Part shown: piece by piece, positions 1-15,977 of the stretch
Position numbering within the stretch: position 1 is the first letter of the stretch
Layout of the letters: every line of letters begins with the position of its first letter
Origin: Candidatus Pacearchaeota archaeon
Lineage (GTDB): Archaea > Nanobdellota > Nanobdellia > Pacearchaeales > GW2011-AR1
Direction of reading: 5' to 3'
Length of the DNA: 45,738 nucleotides
NCBI GenBank assembly: GCA_038885615.1
Contig: JAVZZP010000004.1
Location: 1 to 45,738, forward strand
Program-made: the position numbers and the translations under genes
The notes under the pieces: generated by a model
The model's input: the letters and a program-made list of their open reading frames with translations, nothing else
Database searches by the model: none
What the model was told of the DNA's origin: nothing

Positions 1-57
1 TAATAAACCAAATTATAAAAAAATGCGATGAATTAAATGAGGAATTAAAAGAAGAAT

Positions 58-1191
58 ATGGAAGAAGTTAAAGGTTTTCGAGATTTTTTAGGAGAAGAAG
101 CAAAAAAGAGAGAAAAAATAATTGAGATTATAAAAGAGGTTTTTAAAAAATACGGTTTTGAGCCGGCTGAAACTCCGGTTATAGAATATGAAGAATTTGT
201 TAAAGGAAATAATCAGGATGATGAAGCTGTTAGAGATGTTTTTAAGCTAAAAGATCGCGGTGAAAGGAATCTCGCCTTGCGTTATGAATTTACTTTTCAA
301 TTAAAAAGAATCTCAAAAAACCAAAAACTTCCATTCAAAAGATATCAAATAGGTTATGTGTTTAGAGACGAACCAATAAGAAGAGGTAGATTAAGGCAAT
401 TTATTCAATGCGATGTTGATGTCGTCGGCAGCACAATAAAAGATGAAGCAGAGGTTTTGTGTTTGACAAAAGAGTGTTTTGATAAATTGAAAATTCCCGT
501 AAAGATTTTTGTTAATAATAGAAAACTTCTTGATGAAATCTTGGAAGAACAAAAAATAAAAAAAGAAAATAGAGAGCAAGTTTTAAGAGAGTTAGACAAA
601 ATTGGAAAGATAAATGAGAAAGAGATTGAAGAAAAACTTAAAGAATTAAAAGCAGAAAATATCCTGAATATATTTAACAAAGATGAAAATTTTTTTTCAA
701 AATACAAAAGTTTTAATGAAATAGAAGAGTTAAAAAAATACTGCTCATATTTTGGATTTGATGTTTTTTTTAAGCCAAACTTAGTAAGAGGGTTGAGTTA
801 TTACAACGGGAGTGTTTTTGAAATTTATTCAGACGAACTAAATGTTTCTTTATCGGGCGGAGGCAGTTATTTGGTTAGTGGAATTCAGTCAACAGGAATT
901 TCTCTTGGCTTAGAACCTATTTTTTTAGTTGCAAAAATTAATTTAGATGGAGAAAGTTACTTAGTCATTTCTTTAGGAAAAGATAAAGAAGCAGCAGAAC
1001 TATCTCAAAAATTAAGAAGAAAAGGTCTTATCGTCGATTTCATTTCTGGCAAATCTCCTACAAAAGCCCTAGAATACGCAAACTCAAAGAAAATAAAGAA
1101 AGTTATTTTCGTTGGAGAAAACGAAGTCAAAAATAAAAAATTTAAGGTTAAAAACCTGGAAACTGGAAAAGAAGAAGACTTAAAAATTTGA
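58..1191 (+). CDS. hisS: Histidyl-tRNA synthetase (divergent motif 3)
   Basis: N-terminal KGFRD, motif 2 FRDE..GRLRQFIQCDVD, His-A loop RGLSYY, C-terminal anticodon-binding domain (KALEYAN..VGENE). Confidence 0.9.
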   Translation: MEEVKGFRDFLGEEAKKREKIIEIIKEVFKKYGFEPAETPVIEYEEFVKGNNQDDEAVRDVFKLKDRGERNLALRYEFTFQLKRISKNQKLPFKRYQIGYVFRDEPIRRGRLRQFIQCDVDVVGSTIKDEAEVLCLTKECFDKLKIPVKIFVNNRKLLDEILEEQKIKKENREQVLRELDKIGKINEKEIEEKLKELKAENILNIFNKDENFFSKYKSFNEIEELKKYCSYFGFDVFFKPNLVRGLSYYNGSVFEIYSDELNVSLSGGGSYLVSGIQSTGISLGLEPIFLVAKINLDGESYLVISLGKDKEAAELSQKLRRKGLIVDFISGKSPTKALEYANSKKIKKVIFVGENEVKNKKFKVKNLETGKEEDLKI

Positions 1192-1225
1192 AAAAATAAA
1201 TAATAATATTGAAAGAAGGTAAAAA

Positions 1226-1720
1226 ATGAAAGAAGAAATTTTAGGCGGGTTTGTTAGCAGTAGTTTAATAGCCTTTATAATGGGCTTTCTGGTTTTTTTT
1301 ATGATACTTTTTTTAGCCTTATACATCTATTTAGGGTTCGCTTTTATGGCTATCGGACGAAAAGCAAAACTGAAAACACCTGAACTTGCTTGGATTCCTT
1401 TTGTAGGACCTTTAATAATTGCTTACCAAGCTTCAAAAATGCATTGGTGGCCTTGGTTAATCTGGATAATAGTTCCTATAACATTCTTAGTCGTATTTAT
1501 TAACCCTCTTTTAGGAATATTAATGATGTTTATATTTTTGGTCTTTTTTCTAGTTTTTTTTGTCTTTACTGTAATATGGGAATGGAAAATGTTTGAAGCA
1601 GTGAACAAACCTGGCTGGTGGGCTTTGATTAAGTTAGGTCAGATTATTCCATTAGCAGGTCTTCTATTTTTTATAGCTCAGTTAATTCTTTATGGGATAG
1701 CTGCATGGTCAAAAGATTAG
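1226..1720 (+). CDS. Multi-pass membrane protein (DUF5684-like)
   Basis: About 4 hydrophobic helices; LAWIPF and KPGWWALI motifs; GAAGGT SD-like sequence upstream. Confidence 0.6.
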   Translation: MKEEILGGFVSSSLIAFIMGFLVFFMILFLALYIYLGFAFMAIGRKAKLKTPELAWIPFVGPLIIAYQASKMHWWPWLIWIIVPITFLVVFINPLLGILMMFIFLVFFLVFFVFTVIWEWKMFEAVNKPGWWALIKLGQIIPLAGLLFFIAQLILYGIAAWSKD

Positions 1721-3006
1721 AATAACTTTTTTTGTTTTTCTTTCTTTTCTTCTTTTATTTCTTTTTCGCTAGAATTTTCTATCGAGAATTCTTGTCCCCC
1801 GAACTTTATTTTTCCATAAACCCCATCGTAACCAGGAACAACTTCAATTTTTCCTTCGCGATTTTCTAATATCATTTCAATAAGTTCTTTATTTTCCAGC
1901 AAAACTTTTTCTAGCTCTTCTTTTGAAACATTTAAAAGAATATTAAACTCGTTATTAAATTTTTCAATTAATTTATTGTAAATATCCCAAACTTTTTTCG
2001 AAGAAAGCTGGATTGTTTTTAAGTGAAAAGCAATGAGCTCATGAAGAGGTGTTAACTTATAAAAAATCTTTGCATTTTCTGGCTGAAAACCTCTTTCTTT
2101 AACTGCTATTTTGTTTATTCTATAATCAACACCAATAGTTAAGGGATTTTTACAAACAGGACAAATTCCTCCTAGCTTTAAACTTTCTTCAGGAGAACAA
2201 GAAAAATTGCATCTTCTATGTCCGTCATAGTGATATTTTCCGTATTCTGGCGGAGTTTCAATAGTTCCAAACAAACCATCTCCAGTTCTTATTGCCTTTA
2301 TTATGTTACTGTAACTTAATTCTTCAATTTCAAAAATTGTTGCTTCTCTTCCCAAACGCCAAGGCCAAAAACTATGAGAATCTGAAAAAGAAACAATATT
2401 TATTTTTCCATCGATAAATTCTTTAAGACGCCATATCATATCAGGAGAAGCAGACATCCCGGATTCTATTGCATAAATATGCTTTGATTGTTCTCCAAAT
2501 GCCTCTTCAATTGAATCAAAACCTGAATCACTACCATATAAACCAAACCAAGGAGTAAATGCATGCGCAGGAATTATTTCTATTTTATCATCTATTTCTT
2601 TAACTTCTTTAACAAATTGTTTTATGTTTATCCCAAAAATTGGCCTTCCATCATAATCAAGACGACCCTTTGTCTTTAGATAGTCAATAATCTTTAAAGA
2701 TGTTTTTTCTTTTGGAGAAAGAACAACTAAATGAATAGCTCTTTTTTTTCCGCCCTGAGAATACATAAAACTAAGCTCTGTTTGCCAAACAAAAGGAAAA
2801 CCTGTTTTCGTCCATAAAATTCCTTTCTCGTCTTCCCTAAGGTTCTTTCTTATTTCATTAAACCATTCTGGGTGCTGAAAGTCGCCCGTTCCTAAAATAT
2901 GTATCCCCTTAATCCTCGCATATTTTTCTAGATTTTCAAAATTTATGTCTTTGCTTGTTGCTCTTGCATACCTGCTATGTAAATGTAAATCTGCTATTAA
3001 TCTCAT
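1717..3006 (-). CDS. Endonuclease Q family (PHP domain + Zn finger)
   Basis: ADLHLHSRY, GTGDF, IPAHAFTPWF, SDSHS, GKYHYDGHRRC..CPVC, PGYDGVYG motifs. Confidence 0.9.
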   Translation of the reverse strand: MRLIADLHLHSRYARATSKDINFENLEKYARIKGIHILGTGDFQHPEWFNEIRKNLREDEKGILWTKTGFPFVWQTELSFMYSQGGKKRAIHLVVLSPKEKTSLKIIDYLKTKGRLDYDGRPIFGINIKQFVKEVKEIDDKIEIIPAHAFTPWFGLYGSDSGFDSIEEAFGEQSKHIYAIESGMSASPDMIWRLKEFIDGKINIVSFSDSHSFWPWRLGREATIFEIEELSYSNIIKAIRTGDGLFGTIETPPEYGKYHYDGHRRCNFSCSPEESLKLGGICPVCKNPLTIGVDYRINKIAVKERGFQPENAKIFYKLTPLHELIAFHLKTIQLSSKKVWDIYNKLIEKFNNEFNILLNVSKEELEKVLLENKELIEMILENREGKIEVVPGYDGVYGKIKFGGQEFSIENSSEKEIKEEKKEKQKKLF

Positions 3007-3126
3007 AAAAAAACAAGGAAAAAAGGATTTAAAAAGAATAGTACTAAATAATAAGAATAGGCGAAGGTAAGATTTTTATAATAAATGGCTGTCTGGCTCG
3101 GGAAAAACTAAAATATCCTTTTTCTT

Positions 3127-3740
3127 TTAAATATGTTCTTCTCCAGTTGAATAAAAACGCACTATAGGACTAGAAACAAAACCTACTCTTCCGTATTTTG
3201 AAAAATCTTCCTTATCAAGAATTAAAGCTAGACACAAGGGATCCTCTCTTTTTAAGTTTTTAATTATTTCACCTATTGTTATTAATCGGCCATTTTCCAT
3301 TAAAAAGTCTTCAGCATTATATAACTCTTCTTCTAATTTGCCTTCACCTAAATATAAACTAAAAACTTTTTTTAAAAAAAGAGGTACTCCCGCTATTCTG
3401 CCAACTCTTGCTCCTTCAATACTATCTCTTCCATGAAATCTAAAAGCCTCATCTAAGGAATAATAATGACCACTTTTTGTTAAAAAAACACTCCCCGCGT
3501 ATAAATTAGGGTAATTACCATTTATCTCTATCTGAAATTTTTTATTCGGAGAATCAACAAAATAAGAAGTTGCACTTCTACCAAAAGTTTTTAAGAAAGT
3601 TCTTCTTTTCGATGGGTCGCCTACTAAAAGAATCTGATTTTGATCTTGCATGCTAAATAGTCTAAACTGCTATTGACTCTGTTAAGACATAATTTTCCGC
3701 CACTATTTTCTATGTCAACAGGAATTAAGCTGTATACCAT
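3127..3740 (-). pseudogene. Hypothetical protein, probably frameshifted (38-aa 5' part 3740-3624 overlapping 174-aa ORF 3651-3127)
   Basis: TTTATAAA at 3762-3769 lies about 22 nt before ATG 3740, the spacing seen for other leaderless genes here; that frame stops at 3624 while the long ORF is in another frame. Confidence 0.5.
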
Positions 3741-3857
3741 AATTTCACTAAAATTAAAGTATTTATAAATTTTTCGGTTTTGTTGTAACCTTATGGTGGT
3801 TAAATTAAAAACATTTTTAAAACCAAAACTTAAAAAGCCGTTTGCTATCTTTTTTTT

Positions 3858-4919
3858 ATGGAAAACCCAAATCTTACAATAGACAGTGAAAAACTAGTAA
3901 AAGAATTCGGAGCAGAACCAATATCAAAAATAAAAAAATTGCCAAGTTTGAACTATTTCGTAAACGGGTTGGTTTTTTCTCACAGGGATTTTGATAAATT
4001 TTTAAATGCTCTTGAAAAAAAAGAAAAATGTGCGATTGTTTCAGGAGTTAATGCTTCGGGAGTTTTACATTTAGGGCATAAAGCAGTTTTTGACATAAAC
4101 TTGTTTTTTCAAAAAAATTACGGAATTCCTGTCTTTATACCTATCTCCGACGATGAAAGTTATGTTGCTGGCAAAGTAAAAAACCAAGAAGAAGCATTAA
4201 AGAATTCTATTGAGCTAGCAAAAGACATGATTGCATACGGGTTTGATCCGAATAAAACATTCTTCATTATTGACCAGATTTACACAAATATTTACAATTT
4301 GGCAATAAAATTATCAAGAAAAATAAATTATTCTGAGATAAAAGCAACCTATGGATATAAACCAGAAGACAACATTGGTTTGCACTTTTATCCAACAATA
4401 CAATCTGCACATATTTTGTTTCCTCAAGAAAAATTCGGAATAAAAAATGTTTTAGTTCCAATAGGTCCAGACGAAGATGCCCACATAAGAATCTGTCGAG
4501 ATATTGCTTCGCGATTTAATTATGAAAAACCTTCTGTTTTGCATGTTAGATTTTTAGAGGGAATTAACGGAGAAAAAATGTCTAAATCAAAAGATAATGC
4601 AATTTTTTTAAGAGATGAAATATCTAAAGTAAAGAAGAAAGTTATGAAAGCTCTTTCTGGAGGGCAAAAAACAATAGAAGAACATAAAAAGTTCGGTGGA
4701 AATCCTGATGTTGATATGTCTTTTAAGTATCTAAAATACTTTTTCTTAGGGGAAGATGAGGCAAAAAAAATAGAAGAAAAATACAAAAAAGGAGAACTTC
4801 TTTCTAGCGAGATGAAAAATATTTTGTTAAAGCATTTAGTTCCTTTCTTGGAAAATTTTCAGAACAACTTAAAGAAAGTTAAAAAAGAAGATTTAGATAA
4901 AAGTTTTTTAAAGAACTAA
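3858..4919 (+). CDS. trpS: Tryptophanyl-tRNA synthetase (archaeal/eukaryal type)
   Basis: HLGH and KMSKS motifs, ISDDE, ALSGG..EEHKKFGGNPDVD. Confidence 0.95.
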   Translation: MENPNLTIDSEKLVKEFGAEPISKIKKLPSLNYFVNGLVFSHRDFDKFLNALEKKEKCAIVSGVNASGVLHLGHKAVFDINLFFQKNYGIPVFIPISDDESYVAGKVKNQEEALKNSIELAKDMIAYGFDPNKTFFIIDQIYTNIYNLAIKLSRKINYSEIKATYGYKPEDNIGLHFYPTIQSAHILFPQEKFGIKNVLVPIGPDEDAHIRICRDIASRFNYEKPSVLHVRFLEGINGEKMSKSKDNAIFLRDEISKVKKKVMKALSGGQKTIEEHKKFGGNPDVDMSFKYLKYFFLGEDEAKKIEEKYKKGELLSSEMKNILLKHLVPFLENFQNNLKKVKKEDLDKSFLKN

Positions 4920-5482
4920 TAAAAATTAAAAATTAGCGAAGAGATATTTTCTGAATTTTTTATATTAATTTTTTCAGTTTCTTCAAAAAAGCACTTAGAG
5001 AATAAACGGTCTAAAGAGTCATTAAAGGCTATTTGAATAAAATCTTTAGGTGGAACAGCATAAAAATTCATTTTTGATTTTTTCGACGTGAAAACAGGAA
5101 CTCCTGACTCAAAAACCTTAGATATTGATATCCAAAACCATGTTTTAAAGTCCAATTCTTCATTTGAAAGAACATACCATATGCTAAGATTGAATTTTCT
5201 TTGGATTGAAGAGTATTTTTTAGCTTCCTCGCTGTCTATTGCATAATTCTTGTATTTTGAGTGAATTTTTTTATATTTAACATCAACAAAAATAAATCCT
5301 AAATTAGGAATAAGAATTAGAAAGTCCGGTCTTTTGCCCATAAAATATTTTTTAAAGGCTTTTGAAAAACTAAAACTATCTTGAGATAAATAGATATAAG
5401 GTATTTTGTGTATTTCTAGCCATTCTCTAAACCTTTTTTCAGTTTCTATTCCTCTTTTTTTATCTTCTTCAGCTATTTCCAT
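4916..5482 (-). CDS. PD-(D/E)XK superfamily nuclease
   Basis: N-terminal helix Glu (ETEKRF), RPDF, FVDVK. Confidence 0.6.
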   Translation of the reverse strand: MEIAEEDKKRGIETEKRFREWLEIHKIPYIYLSQDSFSFSKAFKKYFMGKRPDFLILIPNLGFIFVDVKYKKIHSKYKNYAIDSEEAKKYSSIQRKFNLSIWYVLSNEELDFKTWFWISISKVFESGVPVFTSKKSKMNFYAVPPKDFIQIAFNDSLDRLFSKCFFEETEKINIKNSENISSLIFNFY

Positions 5483-5534
5483 ATTATAAAGTTTTTATAG
5501 AATATCAAGAAGACAGTACTCGCAATATTAAAGG

Positions 5535-8350
5535 TTAAAAAGGCTTTTAGTAAATGCGGGCTGAACAGGTCGCCGAAGCTTCCTGCTTACACCCCATTTC
5601 TATCGACGTTGTCTTCTACAACGGCCTTAAAAGTTTCGTCTTGCGGACCGCTTCGTACTTAGATGCTTTCAGTACTTATCGGTTAGTGCGTAGCTGCCCG
5701 GCCTGCTCATAACAACCGGTAAACCAGAGGCACCCAACTCCCGTTCCTCTCGTACTAAAGAATTGTTCCACTCAAACTTTTACACGCCTAGTAGATATCA
5801 TACATACTGTCTCGCGACGTATTTAACCCAGCTAACGATCCCTTTTAATACGTGAACTCCGGCACCCTTGGTGGCTGCTGCACCACCAGGATAGGAAGAG
5901 CCGACAGCGATGTACCAAACCGCGCCGTCAATGTGAACTATCGGGCGCGACGAGCCTGTTATCCTTGAGGTACCTTTTCGGTCGTACTTAGGCCCCATTA
6001 AAAGGCCATAAGTGTTCGCTAAACCCGGCTTTCACCCCTGCTTTCCTTATTTTTCGGAAAACAGTCAAGCAAGCTTTTGCCTTTACACTCTTCTCCAGAT
6101 TTCCAACCTGGATGAGCTTGCCTTTGGGCCCGATCGATATCTTTTCGACCGGGTGCCGCCCCAGCCAAACTGCCCGCCAATTGCTGTCCCTATACAGGTA
6201 ATCCTTCTTATTAAAAGTAAGTAGTGTTACACTTTCGCTCCCCAAACCCAGAAGTTTGGCCTCGACGCTCCTACTTACTCTAAGTACCTTTAATAAAAAA
6301 GAAACAACAGGTTGCAGTAAAGGTCTACAAGGTCTTCGCTTCCCACTAGGCGATACTGGTCTGTACACCAGTCAATAAGTTCAGAAGGTTCTAGTTAGGG
6401 ACAGTGACAACCAAGTTAAACCATTCATGCACGTCGCCATTCAGACGACAAGGCATTACGCTACCTTAAGAGCGTCATAGTTACGCCCGCCGTTTGATGG
6501 GCTTTCACTCCCTTGGAAGAGAGGTTTAGACACCACCACTGGGCAGGTCTCACTAAGTATACACAGCCTTTCGGCTTAGCACTTAGCTATGTTTTTGGTA
6601 AACAGTCCGGCCGTCCTTGTTACTGCGATCTACTCTCCCACACAACTGAGTCATGCAAGAGAATAGACATCCCTTCTACCGAAGATACGGGACTATTTAT
6701 GCCGAATTCCCTTAACTAGTTTAAACCTTTCATGTCTTAGCCTTCTCAGCTAGGGCACCTGTGCCAGTTCTTGGTACGGCTATTTATCTTCTATCTCCTA
6801 AACTTTTCACTGGCTCTTGGAGTCAGCGGATTCGGGAAGATTCAAGAACTTCTCATCATTACGATCCGTTCTTTTCTCTTTCCCTATACCTCTCGGTACT
6901 CCGCTTATCCGAAAGCAAATTTAGGAGAATCAAGCGAAGATAAATAGTACAGGAATATTAACCTGTTACCCTTCGGCATACTCAGTTAAGGTATGCCTTA
7001 GGAGCCGACTAACCCTTGGTTAATTGGTATTGCCAAGGAAACCTTGCCCTTTCGACATCTTCCGGATCTCAGGAAGATCAGATCTTACTATCACCAGGAT
7101 TTTCAATCTTATTCGCTCCATCTTTTCTCACGAAAAAACTTCTACGCAAATAAGACGCCTGTTTACCGGCGCAACTCCATACGGAGCGCCCCCGAAGTCT
7201 CGGTAGTTTGCTTTAGCCCCGTCCATTTTCCGCGCACTTATTCTCGATGGGTGAGCTGTTACGCTTTCTTTAAATGATGGCGGCTTCTAGACCTACATCC
7301 CCACTGTCTCAGAATAAGAACATCGTTCAGTAACACTTAGCAAACATTTTGGGACCTTAACTTCGGTCACCATTGTTCTGGTCTCGCTTAAGTGCCTTAC
7401 GCACCAAAGCTGTTTCCCATAGTCAGTAGTTGAAAATTTCTGAGTTGGAAAACTCCCCGTAGGTATACACCTCTGCAAGAGTTATCCGTACTTTACATCT
7501 TCAACAAACACTATGGGACTATACCCCGGCATATTTCAACAGGAACCAGCCATCGCCAGATTCGAGAGGCTTTTCACCCCTATTCCCAGATCATCCAAGT
7601 GCATGTACACAACACTGGTTCGGACCTCCATTTCTCTTTCGAGAAACTTCATCCTGCCCAGGAATAGATCATCTGGCTTCAGGTCTCAGATCAGTGACTA
7701 ACGCATTTTCATACTTGCTTTCGCTACGGCTTCCTTCAGTTAACCTCGCCACTGAAATGAACTCCCTGGCCCGTTTTCCAAAACGGACGTTACAACCCCT
7801 TAGAGCTGTAACAAACTTGTCGCTGCTAGATTTCAAGTCTTTTAACCCTCTTTGTGAGAGTGCTTTTCAGCTTTCCCTCGCGGTACTCGTGCGCTATCGG
7901 ACTTGGAGAAATATTTAGGGTTGGCAGTTAATTCTGCCGTATTCAGACACCCAATCCAGGATGCCCTACTCTTCAAGACTAGAGCATATTATCTTCATCT
8001 ACGGGACTATCACCCTCTAAGGTCTCTCTTTCCAGAGAAGTTCAACTCAATAACTTAGCTCTTATTGTCTTACCACATCTCTATCTCCCTTTCGAGAGAA
8101 GATTCGGTTTGCCCTTTTCCCTTTTCGCTCGCTGCTACTAGGGGAATCACTTTTTGTTTTCTCTTCCTACGGGTACTAAGATGTTTCAATTCCCCGCGTA
8201 TGCATTCTTTAGAGAATCTCTTATGAGAAGTCTCTCATTCGGTAATCTTCGGTTCAAAGTCTGCATGCGACTCGCCGAAGCTTTACGCAGCTTGCCACGA
8301 CCTTCATCGCTATCCAAGCCAAGCTATCCGTCTAGCAGCTTAGTAGGATA
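5535..8350 (-). rRNA. rrl: 23S rRNA (ends approximate)
   Basis: Reverse complements of conserved LSU motifs: sarcin-ricin loop (gttcctctcgtactaa ~5743), peptidyl-transferase region (aggaagagccgaca ~5892), cgctaccttaagagcgtcatagttac ~6460. Confidence 0.97.
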
Positions 8351-8438
8351 CTTTAATATCGCCTTTGAGTACTGTCTTCATTGAACATAAAGTTCTCCAA
8401 CTCCCTTCATAATTATTCTTATGAAGTTCATAGTTAAG

Positions 8439-8509
8439 TGGACTCGCCGGGAATCGCACCCGGGACCCCTCGGTGCAAGCGAGGCGTTTTACTACTAGAC
8501 TACGAGCCC
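8439..8509 (-). tRNA. tRNA-Ala(UGC) in the 16S-23S spacer
   Basis: GGGCTCG/CGAGTCC acceptor stem with G3:U70; anticodon arm CCTCG-CT TGC AC-CGAGG; no encoded CCA. Confidence 0.95.
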
Positions 8510-8541
8510 AGTTAGTTATAGAGAGGTGATTATTATTTAAT

Positions 8542-9983
<1,442 letters not shown>

Positions 9984-10140
9984 TAAATAGCAAAAAGCTA
10001 CTTAACACGGCTAAAGGAAAAACCATGTTATTATGCAAGATCTATCCATAAAATAATAATCAATCATACCACAAAAATTGTGGCACTCATCCCTCTCTAT
10101 AACAAAGAGTATATGCTTTTTAGCATGAAAATTTTTATAA

Positions 10141-10156
10141 GAAAAGGGTTTATAAA
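10141..10156. promoter_or_regulatory. BRE/TATA box between the divergent rRNA operon and helicase gene
   Basis: Palindromic TTTATAAA at 10149-10156 with purine-rich flanks on both strands; ATG 10178 is 22 nt downstream. Confidence 0.55.
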
Positions 10157-10177
10157 TCTTTCTTTTTTCTAGGTTTG

Positions 10178-13682
<3,505 letters not shown>

Positions 13683-13711
<29 letters not shown>

Positions 13712-14246
13712 TTTCAAATTTTAAAATAAACAATTCTTCAAAAGGAATTTTTTTTCTTGCAACAATTTCAAACTTGAACTTTTTAATTCTGTCTAAAGGA
13801 GTTAAAGAAGAAACTAAAAGAAATATTTTTCCATCTTTAGTCAAATATTTAAAAGCTCCTCTTAAAAATCTTAAAGAAATTTCATCCCCCTTTTTTCCGC
13901 CGGTAGTTTCAATTCTGCTATCTCTCGGTTCTCTTTTGTCCAGCGGAAGATACGGTGCATTAAAAATAATTAAATCAAATTTTTCTTTCTTACTAATTTT
14001 TTCAAATAAATCTGATTTTATTGCTCTAAATCCTTTTTTCTTTAACAAATTGACAGAATCTTCCTGTATATCGACACATAATATATTTTTTTGAGGGATA
14101 AAAAAAGAACAATTTTCTGCCAATATTCCTGTTCCAGAACCCATATCTAAAACTTTTATTTTTTTTAATTTGTTTTTGTCAACTCTTTTAAAAAATCTAT
14201 TTAAAAAATCAGCAAAGAAAACCGAATCTTCTAACGGAAAATACAT
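13683..14246 (-). CDS. HemK/Mtq2 family release-factor glutamine methyltransferase
   Basis: YFPLEDS N-terminus, LDMGSGTG, FNAPYLP (NPPY-like), GGKKG. Confidence 0.85.
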
Positions 14247-14247
14247 T

Positions 14248-14571
14248 TTACTCTTTTAATTTTAATTTTTGAAGTAAGGAAGATAAAAATTCTGATTCTT
14301 TTCCTCCAAGAAAAAAGTACCAAACAAAAAAGCCTAAAATTACCGAAATAAAAAATAGCAAAATAATAATAAAAAAAATCTTGCCATTAGAGGATCTTTT
14401 TTTTGTTTCTTTCTTCTGAAGAGAATACATTGCATTTATCTGTTGTGCTTCCATCAACGCTTCTTGTACTTCTTGCGCAGGAAATCCTGCATTAATAAAA
14501 CCCTGCCTTATTAAATTTATATCTATTCCATTTTCAATGGCATAAATAAATGCACCTGTCAAATCATTCAT
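14248..14571 (-). CDS. Hypothetical single-pass membrane protein
   Basis: Small helical N-domain, basic stretch, one TM helix; overlaps the RNase J stop. Confidence 0.6.
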   Translation of the reverse strand: MNDLTGAFIYAIENGIDINLIRQGFINAGFPAQEVQEALMEAQQINAMYSLQKKETKKRSSNGKIFFIIILLFFISVILGFFVWYFFLGGKESEFLSSLLQKLKLKE

Positions 14572-15899
14572 ACTTCTACAGATTGTCCATCTTTTAATTG
14601 ATGAACATTTTTTCTTGACTTATAACCCATTTCCTCACAGAGTTCTACCATAGGAGATGTTTTTTCTAAATCTCCATGAGAAGGGATTATATTTTCCGGA
14701 TTTAGAAGTTTTATAATATCTCTTAAGTCTTCTCTTCCAGCATGACCTGAAACATGAACATCTCTAAAAATTCTAACTTTTCTCTTCTTGAATCTTTCTT
14801 CCATCTTAGAAAAATTTTCTTTGTTTATTTCAGTTGGAATAACGCTTGAAGAAAAAACAAGATTGTCATCTTGTCTAAAATTGAATGGAAGCTGCCCTCT
14901 AGACAACCTTTCCAGAATTGAGCCTGGTTCTCCTTGATGGCCTGTGCAAACAACCAAATAGTTGCTTCTCTTTTTTTCTACTTTTAAAAGTTCTTTTTCT
15001 ATTTGCCTTCGATAAGAGCATATTTTAACATCTCTCAAAAATGGAGCTATACCTATATCTTTAGCTGCCTTGCAATATTTATCTAAACTTCTCCCTAAAA
15101 AAACAATTTCCCTGCCTAATCTCTCACCAAATTCTACAATGCTTTTTAATCTCGCTATATGTGAAGAAAAAGTTGTAACAAAAATAGCAGAATTTTCTTT
15201 TCCTATGCCAAAGAGAACTTCTTCTAACAGATGCTTTGCAATTCTCTCGGAAGGTGTTTTTCTGTCTGTTCCAGAATACAAAGAATCAATTACAACAGCT
15301 TTTACTCCTATTTTCGAGAGTTCTTTTAATCTTTGATAATTTGGTTTTAACCCTATTATTGGATTATCATCTAATTTGAAATCATTTGAATACATAAAAA
15401 CGCCCTCATTAGTATGAAGTGCTATTATGCTTGTTTGTGGTGTTGAGTGAGTTATATTAACAAATTCTGCCTGATATGTTTGATTTTTTCCTTTAATCTC
15501 AAAAAAATTATTTGGTTGAATTGTCTTTATTTTATTTCTCAAAAAAACATTTTCATCAATTGTCAATGAATCTAAAACAGCATTAGTAAAAGGTGTCCCG
15601 TAAATTGGTGCATTATATTTGTTTGATATGAACGGGACAGCACCTACATGATCTAGATGTGCATGACCGATGATTTGCGCTCTTACTTTATGAGCAGAAT
15701 TTTCAATAATTTTATCGTTAGGAATTGCCTCTACTTTTCTTAATTTTTCTTCGGTATAGCCACCTTTCTCTTTTTCCTGCATTTCCACTATTGCTGGAAG
15801 AAAAAATCCTTCGTCAAAAATAAAGGCATCTTCTTTATTTTCTAAAAAAGTCATATTTTTTCCAACTTCAGAAAAACCACCAACTGCTGTTATTTTCAT
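14568..15899 (-). CDS. rnj: Ribonuclease J (beta-CASP metallo-beta-lactamase)
   Basis: GGFSEVGKNM, HAHLDH, THS, DFKLD, TTFSSHIARL, TGHQGEP, HVSGHA, PSHG. Confidence 0.93.
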   Translation of the reverse strand: MKITAVGGFSEVGKNMTFLENKEDAFIFDEGFFLPAIVEMQEKEKGGYTEEKLRKVEAIPNDKIIENSAHKVRAQIIGHAHLDHVGAVPFISNKYNAPIYGTPFTNAVLDSLTIDENVFLRNKIKTIQPNNFFEIKGKNQTYQAEFVNITHSTPQTSIIALHTNEGVFMYSNDFKLDDNPIIGLKPNYQRLKELSKIGVKAVVIDSLYSGTDRKTPSERIAKHLLEEVLFGIGKENSAIFVTTFSSHIARLKSIVEFGERLGREIVFLGRSLDKYCKAAKDIGIAPFLRDVKICSYRRQIEKELLKVEKKRSNYLVVCTGHQGEPGSILERLSRGQLPFNFRQDDNLVFSSSVIPTEINKENFSKMEERFKKRKVRIFRDVHVSGHAGREDLRDIIKLLNPENIIPSHGDLEKTSPMVELCEEMGYKSRKNVHQLKDGQSVEV

Positions 15900-15977
15900 A
15901 AAATTATTAGAAAATTCAAGTTTTTAAAGCTTTTATAAAATAGAAAATGTTAAAAATACCAAATTATTTTAATTTTT

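Noticed and set aside
5483-5535. 5S rRNA after the 23S gene
   Set aside because: No space and no 5S-like sequence.
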